Of a DNA stretch of 64,000 nucleotides, positions 24,753 to 36,800 are shown piece by piece (position 1 is the first letter of the stretch; every line of letters starts with the position of its first letter). Below the pieces are notes generated by a model. That model was not told the origin of the DNA. It ran no database searches and worked only from the letters and a program-made list of their open reading frames with translations. A program made the position numbers and the translations under genes. This stretch comes from Botryllus schlosseri (taxonomy: Eukaryota), in assembly GCA_051294905.1 (NCBI GenBank), contig CM119384.1, positions 9,424,001 through 9,488,000 of the forward strand, given 5' to 3'.

Positions 24753-24866
24753 TCACGCTTCTGTCCTGGACTCTGTATCGGTGACTTCTGGAACCTCAGC
24801 TTTTGGAGACGCATCTTTTGGAGCCGCAGCTTTAGGAACCGCATCGTCAGCTTCATCCATCTCCAT
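24753..24866 (-). CDS. Probable terminal exon, acidic cytoplasmic tail (MEMDEADDAVPKAAAPKDASPKAEVPEVTDTESRTEA*)
   Basis: acgttcag acceptor, phase 0, TGA at 24755-24753; AATAAA on the - strand at about 24536-24541. Confidence 0.62.
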   Translation of the reverse strand: MEMDEADDAVPKAAAPKDASPKAEVPEVTDTESRTEA

Positions 24867-27800
24867 CTGAACGTTGAGTGATAATAGTTACCGATTGCAT
24901 CTTACGTATGATTCTAATCCAAAAAGGTGTGCCTCGCAGGGGTGGTCAGTAAGGACGAAAGTACTTTTTCATAGTTATGTATCAACTGTATGCTTTGCAC
25001 AATGCTGGCTTTAGACCATTTCTACTTCAGTGTTTCCACAGGACGTCAAATAACTTATTTTTTCCCATATAAGTAAGGGTGTCGAATCGAAACTTGTTTT
25101 CGGAACAAACGAAGAAACGTTTTCAAAAAAGTAACGACCGTTGGATGTATAACCCGTACATCCCCGTCACTATTTCATTTCATGCTGGTGACGTCATATT
25201 TCGAGATACGATTGTTGATAAAGAATGTTCTTTCCAATTCTCTACTGGTTGCTGACGATTTCCCCTGACGAGTGTCAGCCGACAATATTCGGGTTCATTT
25301 CAATATGAATATACTATTCAGATATAATTTAGATATCACTAGGACAAGTTTTTGCAACTTTTTTACAGCTTCCGGAAGCTTCCTAGATACTCAGAATCTA
25401 TGAGCTATGATATTTTAAGCTGTTTGGGGGGATTTTATAGGGTAATTTTTCTCTATTTTTCATGCCAATTTTTACTGCACCTTTTATCAAATATTGTGTG
25501 ACAATGTTAAGGAGTGATTTAAAAACATGCTATAATCTATTTCTAGTATGATTCTATTATCTTTGATTTGAACAACAATGAGCTATATCAGTGGTTCTCA
25601 ACCTTTTTGTCTTCGCGGACCCCTTTTGGAGTGCCAAGGACCCCGCGGACCCCCAAAACTTTAGTTTAAATTTAGGTCAATTTGGCGAGATAGCGTAGTG
25701 GTATAATCCGCAGCAGCAACAGCACTGGGTTGCGGTTACTCCCGAATACCTACCCATGTTTCGGTGGTTTATCAAAGTTTCTCCTTGCCATCTCATCCAT
25801 GTAAGAAGTGTCTTATAAAAGCCTATAGATGTGGGTCATGATATAAGTCGGCAGCTACGGAATAGAAATGAAGAAAATTGGCTTGGTGTGAATGACCATA
25901 GTAGTTGACAAACACCATGAATACCACAAACAAGCTCAATTATCGTGCAACCGTCATATGTGTTTTACGAATATTAATTTCTGGCTAGTGTCAAATATAG
26001 CAAAAAATTAACATCGAACTATTTATATGGAAATTGGGCTGACGGTAGCGAGTTTTGTAGCTTCATTTCTTGAAATACGTGGTCGTGTCTTGAAAATCCG
26101 ACTCTTCGGTTTGATATGAACGATTGCCGAAAATTTATTTCCACAAATATAGGTGGTGGCGAATGGTATAATAACGGTCACCGACGACCCATTTGAGTAT
26201 GATCGAAGCATATATACCACCAAAATTGAGACTAGGATTTGTCATTGAACATATAACGTCCATCCTAGTCATTTTCATCAAGTAGCTCATTTTGAAGTTG
26301 GTCTGGGATTGTGGTTATGTATATCACCCCAACAAACCTCTCTAAACGGCAATACGTTTTTTTTATCAGTAGGCTATTGGCAATTTAGCAATTAAAATGA
26401 GTTTGCACAGATAAGATATCTCATCTCAGACGGCAATTATGTTGATGTGAGTCATGAAGTTGTAGCTGTAATTAGGCAAAATATCATTTTGCAAGTTTAG
26501 AGGCTTCGCGGACCCCCTGAAAATGCTTCACGGACCCCCAGGGGTCCGCGGACCCCCGGTTGAGAACCGCTGAGCTATATGATGGGTTAAGTGCATCTGA
26601 ATGTTATCTATGACACAATAGTTCAACTTTCCCTACCAAGCACGACCTTGCCCGAACAACATATAAATAGATTGCTATAACAATTCTAACACATTTGAAT
26701 AAAATATTCATATTTATTCCCGAAGCTTTTCGGCTGACCCTCGTCAGGGGATGTCGTCATCAATATTGCGAGAATTCGAATAACTATGTTCAACAACAAT
26801 ATGTATCGCTAATTATGACGTCACACGGAAAATGTACATAATTAGCGATATATATTGCTGTTGAACATAGTTATTCGAATTCTCGCAATATTGCTGACGA
26901 TATCCCCTGACGAGGGTCAGCCGAAAAGCTTCGGGAATAAATATGAATATTTTATTCAAATGTGTTATGATGTTCTGTACTCCTAAGAGTCTCTTTATAT
27001 TAATTCTGTCGTTTAAATTTGGATAGTTTCCCATTTCCCGTAGGCCCAGGCGGGACCGTCAAAAGCTACATTGTCACTGGACCATCCTTTTCAGGCTATT
27101 GATTTGGTTTCTGTCGCCAAGAGTGAGTTTTTCTCTAATTCCTTGGGTCAACTTTGTGCAGATTTAGGGGTTTTTGGGTGTGTTATTTGATTTGTTGTAG
27201 GGAGAGGGGTTCTCGCTACGCTGTTTGGCTTTTTTTTGGGGGGGGGGATTATTCCCGCATTGCGTAATTTGTTTGCTGTGTACCGGTAAAAAATGTAATT
27301 TTTGGCGGTCTCGCCCGTCGCCACACCATCAGTGAAATGGCAAAGTAACAAATTTGACAGCTATGCAGGAACAAGGCTAAACAACGGAACCCTTTCGAGT
27401 ATCTCATACCCTAATAATTACACAGAAATCATTATAAATGCAACTTTTTACTGTACCTTTTGTAAAGTTAAGGGCGGAGATAATAAAGTTTGATTAGCAA
27501 TAAGTCGATTATCGCGTTCGTCAGGATTTATCACCCCATGAGGAAACCGGTTGATCGCAGCACATAACGTTAGTGTTAATCTCATGTTAACAAACCGGAA
27601 TAAACTATAGATAGTTATCTATAAAAAGCTGTCTACACTGCGTACCATTCCTGCGCACAAATATTTCCGATAATGACCGTGCCTGTTTCCTAGGTATAAT
27701 GGCTTCACTAAAAAATCAACGAATTATGTACCCGCCATTGCAGAGCGATATCGATTTCTATAATACGTTCCTTAGCTGTACAGTACGAATTGGACACGAT

Positions 27801-30800
27801 TTTCATTTGGCGATGATGATAATTCCACCTATTGTAGCGGCAGTATTGTTATCTACAGCCTGCTGTTAAGCCGCTTCATTCAACCAATTGACAACTGACA
27901 GCCCTTATAACGCGTTGTCGCATTATGATACAACAGATAACCCCACTTGATTGAAAACTCGGGACACCTCGACTGTAACCATCGCGCCTAACCTGTTCCA
28001 ACTTTATGCGTCGCGATTAGCAGTACATATACTATATAATCACACAATAAGCATGCTTCCGGATCAGCTAACTTTATTATCTCCGCCCCAAGTGCAACTA
28101 TCTCGCGATTTTAGTGCAACAAAAACTTGCCCCAGATATCACACCATCAGTTTCTACTTAGTAAATACTAGTCAGCCCGCAAATATTACCGGATCACAAT
28201 CTGACATATCGACCTTGTCTTAGATATACGGACCGAGGTGTCACATTGATTTTCGTCGGTTGTCTTTTTGTGTTATGTTTTATTCCATTCATCCAGTGTA
28301 CATGCCTCTTATTTACATGTTCTCTAGGTCAGGTTGGGATTCGATGACTATATTCCAAGTCGTTCCGCACCTTCCCCTCTTTTAATTATATCGCAATCTT
28401 GTGGATTGGATGAAAATTTAATAACAAACAGTACCGAACTCTCTGTATTTGACACCGTTACCTAGTTATTCTGCGTTAGTCGCAAATCTGTATTTGTCGA
28501 ATTTGGAATGTGGTCGCCAACTAGAGGGCAGCGATTGACTAAGCGAAATGTCCGATACACCGCCACTTTTCATAGCTACTTTCTCGACTGATTCTAAGTG
28601 ATTTGAATAGCGCGTCTCGGTATTAGGTACATTTTACACGTACATCGGTGCATATCTAACGTATTACTTCTACTTGACTAACTTGAGGATACCATCAACG
28701 GCTATTTCGAACGTTTCTGTGGCTGATATTTCTACTACCAATTATGCCAGGCACCCGACATGGTCCTTCCGTGCTGTCCGCTACATGAATATACGATCGG
28801 TGATAAACATGAATATCACTTCTAAAAACAGTACACATATCATACGTGAATACTGTTGGCTTTCTTTTTCTTCACCACGGCAAAATAGTAAATTCCTCCG
28901 CCAATAAGAGCTGCTGCCGCGACGCTTCCAATCACAATACCAGCAATTGCTCCCGGCGAAAGTCCCTCCTCAGTGACGACCTTCATAGTGACATATCGCA
29001 TATATCAGTAGGTGTTCTTTGATGTGCAGTGTTCGTTATTATTTTTGCCTCACAGACGGATACCTAGTTAAATAGCCATAATGGAGGGTGGGAAATTTCA
29101 AAAAAAAATAGCATGGAGTCTGCTTCTGGAATGGATCAGGTGAGAGCAGGTTATTTTCTTGCCAACGAGTATTAAAAGATTTTTCAGCTTTGGGAATCGA
29201 GATAAGGCCATGCAGATGATGATGATGAGGGTGTTCAGCAACGAAGTTACTATAGGCTTCTATTCGAAATAATTACTCAGGCTATGTCTACTTCTATCTC
29301 TTGCTCTTCTGCTTATGTTATTAAAATTTTGTCAAGTATAAAGTATTTTGCAACATTTCTATCGAATTTCGTCACATAGGCCTGGTAACATGTCTTCCAT
29401 TCCATGCTACGGAAACAGAATATATAATTTCGACAATTAGACGATGTGTCGTTTCACCAAACAAGATCTTAACGTCGGGTCTCGTATTAGGGTAGTGCAA
29501 ATCAACCCGCTGAGATAACAGCGACAGAAGTCAACAGTTTCAGAATGATGACTTCTTAAGAACATTGCTGACTAGCAAAAACCAGTGTCCGGCCCAAGCC
29601 CGTGTATGATCGGGGCAGGGAGGGCATGGAGCGTAAAATTTCAGACAGATATCATTGCGCACCGCCGAGCGGGAAAGCCGCGTAGACCAGTTTTACTTTA
29701 AAATCGTAGGTCTGACTCGGACGTGGATTGACCCCACGACCTACCATTACGAAATGTCGTCGGTTGCGAAAAGTCAACGGAAAAATAGTACGAATGGACT
29801 CACCGTAGCAATAGCGACGTACTCCCCGGGCTCACTACAAATACATCGGATATCGTAGTTTGACTGTAATGAAGCACTGCAACCACCATCACCCCATTCT
29901 CGAGTGGCCTTCTGCCAGCGCTGACAACCTACAGTAGCTTTCTAAAAATAATGAATATAGCCTTGTAATCAGCAGTCAAAATAACGAACTCGGGCATTAT
30001 CGAAGTCTAGTAATAACCACCGATATGACAAGACTGAGACTACACGACTACAAGATGTTTTAGTAATAAGATGGAAATTTTGGAATAATGACGAATTGAC
30101 GGTGTCCATTGTGAAATATTCGACTATGATGATGTCACTATGCCCGATTCCAAAATTGTAGCACTAAAAGCAGTTCGTTTGAAATATTTTCTGGGCTGCT
30201 CGTGGTGTGCTATCAGATTTATCCACACTTTCCACAATGTTACTTGTCACCAGTGTTGGGATCAAGTCACTACCTTCGAGTCACGAGTCATTTCGAGTCA
30301 TTGCCTATTTTGACTCGAGTCAAGTCAAGTCAATCGATTTTCAAAGGTGACTCGAGTCAAGTCAAGTCACTCGATTTTTGGAGGTGACTCGAGTCAAGTC
30401 GAGTCAAGTCAAGTCAAGTCACGAGTCAAGTCACAATTCAAGTCAAGTTGCCTTTTTGAAGTATGGGGCATGATGACGTCATTGCATTTTGATAGCTGTC
30501 TGAAATACAGGGGTCATTGATTTTGAACCGATGTACGAATATAGAGTTAAATATACACGAAAGAAGGCGCTGTATCGCTCACATATGCGTAGAACTGCTA
30601 AACCACAGTTTATAGTTACCAGCCAAACTAGAGAATTGATACGATTTGATAGGATGTGATACATTACGCATTTACAAATCGATATGATGCAATTCGAGCC
30701 TGCGCCAATGGTTGAGGACTGTATAAAATATATTCGAATTCAATTTCATATATTCGAATTCAATTTCAATAACACAAGAGGTTTGGTTAAGGCAAAAACA

Positions 30801-33800
30801 GAGATTAATTACTTTAATATACTAGTTTACGACAACGTGAGCTGTAAGCTTCGATCATGTCGTTTGCGGTCAATTTATTTGTGAGAGAACAATGGAGGCT
30901 CAGTAAAACGCACGATCATTAAATGATTGGTCGCTCTCACGGTTACACCAGCGTTTCGCAAACAATCCGAACATATGCAAGATTCAGTGATTTTTATCGA
31001 CACCGATTACTTGATGACTTGAAATTGACTCGTGAATTTTGCTCCGAGTCACGAGTCAATCCATATTTCTCATACGTCGAGTCAAGTCAAGTCAAGTCAT
31101 TTTAGCAAAGTGACTCGAGTCAAGTCAAGTCATTCGAAAAAGGTGACTCGAGTCATCCCAACACTGCTTGTCACGTATTTACTTTTTATGCCAGGCTAAT
31201 TTCACCTTTTTCAGAAGGTTCAGCAGGACGTTGAATAATCATCTTATAACTATACCATGTAATCGTGATTGAAGCTCTACATTTCGATTGTGTGTTGCAG
31301 CGATAACCGACGTTCGTTCATTCATCTTTTGAGATGTGGTCAATCCATACTGGTCATCGACCTCACCAGTCACGTAGACGATAGCCTACGTGGTCTTCCG
31401 AAAATGCTTGGACAAATATGACATAGACATACCGGCTTGGATTTTTTTTAAATCGACATGTGCATTTTTAGGCAGCCGTGTCTTACCGAAAGGATACGTC
31501 ACATCAGCAGTAGAGGGAAACATGCTACTTGATATAATGCTCCTGTGATGTGCCCGCTGGCCGAACGCCAAAGCATGACATTCAATAGCGTCCGTACCCT
31601 TGCGTTGAAAATCACTAAGAATGTCGCAACTGACAGGGACGCGGACGACGATCAAGCCTGCTGTCACGCCAACTGCGGTGACATGAGATGGATATACTCA
31701 TTGCTCAACGCCGCCACCACCACCAACAACAGCACGTTACAAAGTGAGCCAGTCCCGCATGGTCATGGGTGAAACATATACCTGCTGCATTATGGCATAG
31801 TCGCCGATCGCAATTCTACCGTACCGCTACTGCTATACACTGCAGCAACATACAATCATTCCGCTTACTGGCTGGTTATTCTCGAAATTGAAAACAAATT
31901 CTTGACTGCTGGGACTCCCGGTCACAATACTGGCAGAAAGCACGGTTCTTTGCAACACAACGTTGCCCGGCAAATTGCTGAAAAGGACGTCTGAAGTCAT
32001 ATATGCGCGAAAAGATACCCGATAGGTTCCTGCAAAATGAAAATTAAGGTTTTTGGTATCGATACAGAACCACAGTTATTCAGCGAAGCCTTCTGCACGG
32101 GGTGTATACTTGGTTAATGAAACCACGCCGCGGTCCCATATAGTGACTTCATAATTATAATTGTCCGGGAAAATACAAAATCAATCACGAAATACTCCTA
32201 TTCGAACAGATTACAGTTATGACGAGGTTAAACGGAATCTCTTACCCACTCCTGTTCCTGATGCAGTCATGAATGTACCCGAGTCGGGTTGGGCGGTCTC
32301 AACCCGAAGACCAGCGGCCGTTAGGTCGCTTGCTGAGGCCCAGCCCTCTTCTGCAGCGAACGTGGCTTCTGAGAATGGTTTAAAACAAGTTTAAAAAAAT
32401 ATCTAATCTGCATGAGGTAACGGTCAGTTGCTGGCGTCTGGCAACTATTATTCTACCTACATGAACAATTGAACATAACATAAACACGTCAGGATAGAGT
32501 TTGTAAATGAACAGCACGTCGGAAATTGACATGTGGGTTTCATTCACGTGTCCTCCTGAGGTAGTCATTAACGAGCTATATTTATCGTCATTCAGTAGAC
32601 AACTCAAATAATTCCGATGCAGATTCTATACTTCAAGAGTTTTGAAAGCCGTAAAATATCACCTTCACCATATCAAATAACTCTGAAGGAACTGAATCAG
32701 TAACAAGTACATTAGTTCACCCCCTTTCGATGCGGAAATACTGAATCAGAGTTTAAAGCTGTGGCATTCGAGATCAATTTATGGTGAACTCCCGATACGT
32801 AGTACCTCGTCTATTTTCCCAACCGACGATGGGTTGGAATAGGGCACATCGATAAGTCGTCATGGGAATGTCAATTGCCAAATACGGCGCAGCCGACAGG
32901 GTGAGAATATGATATGGAGGGGACTGCAATAGCAATGATACGATGTGTGACTGCGTTCATGCTGCGTTCATGCTCGAGTATATTAAGCTTCGAGTCGAGC
33001 CGAGTATTCGAATATCACTAGTTATGACGTCATAACAGTATGAATGATGTGAAAGTTCAAATATGTACCGTTTATGTATAGATAACTAACCTCATAGCAA
33101 CCTCTCCTATTGCTCAGCAATAAGAGGCATACTGCTTGCCGAAGCGTAACCACTGGGAGTTACGAATCTATCCAGGTTAGTAATCTATAGTTTTTGTGAC
33201 TACAAATAATTTAATGCCAGTTCTACATTACATAAAAGATTATTTGGTACTTTTTGGCTGGACCTAATTTGTTGCACTTTGTACAGTGCTTCGGGTTGAT
33301 CGCGACTGCGCAGATAAGTCATTTACACTGGCGTGTGTATATAGCTTTACTACATGCGTCGTATGCTGCGATACGAAAAATCGCTACTCGAAAAATGTTC
33401 TAAAATTTCGAAATTTCTAAAATTTCTATAATTACTACTTGATTCAGATTACAGTAGTCGAACCATTGTGCACAAGCACAGCCCTACTTACCACCCGTGC
33501 CGGAAATGCTTACAACAGCAAGCGCAATATTGGTATCAATATCAATAAACTCATCCTCCGCAGCTCTTGAAATAGGCGCCACGTCGACAATTGCTGACAA
33601 TTCGTCGATAGAGGTCAAAATTCTGTAACGAAATGAAACAATATAAGCCAGTGGTTCTCAACCGGGGGTCCGCGAAACCTTGAAATTTGCAAAATGGTTG
33701 GTAGCCTAATTTGCATTTCTTTAAATTAGGGAAATCACGGGGCAATTTCGCTCCATAGCTGCTAAAACTGGAGCTACAGAAATCGCTTTGAAATAACAAA

Positions 33801-36800
33801 AGTCTACCCTATTTCTGCACAAATATTATGATGATATTTTCAAGGAAAGACATTTTGTTGACGCAGGTAATATTTTCACAAGACAGCTGACGGTTGCACG
33901 ATAATTGCGTTAAATTTTGACTAAAACTGGAGGGGTCAGCGGCGGTCCGTGACGGTTCAAAAGGGTCCGCGAAGACAGAAAGGTTGAGAAACATTGGTAT
34001 AAGAAATCAGCATATGTGTTTTCCGACTATAGGTTTTGTGGAATTTTTACATCGTTGAAAATCGGACGACATTCATATGTGAATTGCAGGATATTCTATT
34101 CTCTCACAACCAAAACGTATAAGTATGACCTTCATACTGAACATGTCGTTATCAAAATTGGACATCATTTTAACTATGGACCAACCCTGGAGCATATAAA
34201 GATGTTTGAGATCAACTTACTCATTTGACTGGTCGTTCACTCTCGCTTTGGAACCCGCATCTATCACTTGGAGGAGGTTGTTATAAACGTCAATTGATTG
34301 GCCTGCTTGCTATATAAACAGAAACGGAAATATTATGTAATGTCCTTAAGGCGTATGACGCTAAACCGTGGTTGACAACAGAGGAGGTAAGCTGAAGTAT
34401 TAGTAAAACCATAAATGTCTAGTGTCTAGTCAATTACAGGTACAAGTATAGTAATTTCTAAAACTTTTTCGAGTAGAAGCGACAAATTAAAAGTCTGAAA
34501 GGCACTCAAGTAAGTTATTTCAAAACGTGGATTTGATCGAGGTCATATTAGTTTGACTATGGGCGATTGCTTTCATCAGAGCACGGGGTTGTAATGACTC
34601 GAGTCGCGATTTTTCATTAACTCGAGTCCTTTTCTTAATCACGAAAACGACTTGCTTCGACTTGAGTAACTTGGTGTGTTGACTTGTATTCGAGTCATTG
34701 CGCATGACTCGAGACATTCTATATGACTTGATTCAAGTCTCGGGCTGACTGAAATTACTTGACTCAAGTTAAAACTATAAACGTTAGATTGACAATTTCA
34801 CTAGACACCTTGGGACTTCGTTACTACCCTGTTACAACACCCATTGCGAAAACACATTCATTTTTACTTGAGACTTTTCGTGTGCATGTTATCATGGTAT
34901 TTAGCAGATTCAAAATAAAAACCAAGATGACAAAGTATGTTGAATGTACTGATAAAAGTGATGCAAACTTTTTCCAAAATCTCTTTCCAATTTTCAAAAT
35001 CCAAAATGTAAAAGGTTGATGGTTTTGCCCAAAAACTAATTTAAGTTGAAATCGAAGTAGTCTAAAACCACAGTTTCTTGAGTACTACTTGCTTACCTCC
35101 TAAAAATCAAAAATTTCAATACTGATCGCTAAGGCAAGATTTTGTTGCGGTCGAATCCGTGAAAAGTTACACTTATTTTTGAGGTTGCAGTAAAACGTTG
35201 CATTTATTTTTCCCAAAAGTTGCACTAAAAGTGGCATTTATGGACAAGCTCCTTAAAATTATTAGGTTTTTATATACTAGAATTGATCCGTATCTAAGGC
35301 ACTGTAGCAAAACTCAGTGTTGGCGACAATGACAAAATCAATAGCCTAATAAAATTGACCCAGTGAAAATATAATTTTCGGCGATCTAGCCTGAATGTAC
35401 GTCAAATATTTCCAGTAAAAAGTTGGTTGCATGAAAAATCGAAAAAAGTTGAAAAAAGTTGCGTGAAAAACATGGAGAAAGGTTGCAAAAAGTTCCAATA
35501 TAAGAGTCCTCCAAACAGCTTAAAACAACATATCACATAACTTCTGAGTATTTTGGAAGCTGTCGGAAGCTGTAAAAACAGGTTTCAAAAATTGCAAAAC
35601 TTGCCCTATACTGATCACCTCTAGGAGCAGATGAGAGCAGCACAAACAGCCAGCGTATTGGCCATTGTTGTGTAACCGATTGAACATTCACACTCTCACT
35701 CTAGTGCGCACTTGCTCCTGAGCTGCTCAGACGGCATAGTTGCGTCACAATACCAAACTCCGTTACATTGCAACATTCGAGAAATTTATATTTTCGCAAT
35801 CAGTGCCGCAGTAGCTTTCGATGATTGATACCCGTTTTATCAAATTCAATGCTCGGCAAGCCGGTCTAAAATCACCGTCAAATTGCCATTGACCAAATGG
35901 AAAGTGGGACGTAGACCAATTTTACTGAGCCGTGAGATTTGCTTGTGTCCACGCCATATAGGACACTATGCTGTAACTGCGCAAAGTCATGTCCAGCCCA
36001 CATGTCGGAAGCCTTTCGCATGCAAAGAGCCATGTGAGCTCATTTACTGTGCAATAGAACGACATCAACCGTTGAATCGCTAAAATTATGCCAGAACTAT
36101 TGGTATTTCTTGATTAGAATAGGCTGTAAACTGTAAAAATCGCCTAGTATGCAAAATATGTGAATATGTTGGTAATTATATAATTGATATGTTTTTTTTA
36201 TGAATGGAATGTAATAAGATTGCGAACACCATAATCTCCTTCTCAGCATATACGTCTTACACTCACATTCGCATCTATTGATGAGCTAGTAGATATGAAA
36301 TCCGTGGTGGTTGTGACTGCGTAGTCAACTTGTGTGGGAGTAGCAGTCTCCGGATCCGAAGCAACAATAGCGTATGGTAGTTGTTCTTCAGACGTCAAGT
36401 CCCCAGCCCCAGCGCTACAATCGGTATACTGGAACTCGTCGTAGATTCCAGAAGCCTCATTACAACGTGCTATAGCTATGGGTTGTTGCATGTCTAAAAC
36501 GCATCAACATTATCATTTAAAATTGTGAGTGATATGATTGGGGCTGTTTAGGGGAGAGCCTTCTTCTTTGCCCTACCTTTCGGACCTCCGCGTACATTTT
36601 CAATGTCGAAAACAAATAGACAGCTATATCGGAGCGCCCGGGGACACTAATAGAGCTACGTATACATCGTAACGATTTCCAGTGCAAATATAGGTCCTAT
36701 ATCTATAAAAGACGGGCCTGATCGCCGAGAGCGAAATTCATTGAACAATGATCTGGGGTGGGAAACACTGAGTCCGTCGCAAATGGCTACAAACGCTATC

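Noticed and set aside
24671-24856. Listed ORF MKLTMRFLKLRLQK...
   Set aside because: Alternative frame of the acidic terminal exon; the phase-0 frame fits the upstream donor and looks more protein-like.
29040-29600. Hydrophobic readings on the - strand between the GPS and TM exons (IVTSLLNTLIIIICMAL; VIILKLLTSVAVISAG) as possible 7TM exons
   Set aside because: No phase-0 acceptor/donor pair gives an open exon and stops flank both. No series of seven TM exons is visible downstream.
30251-31166. Regular GACTCGAGTCAAGTCA repeats resembling a CRISPR array
   Set aside because: No unique constant-length spacers, eukaryotic context, and enclosed by TIRs and an 8-bp TSD.
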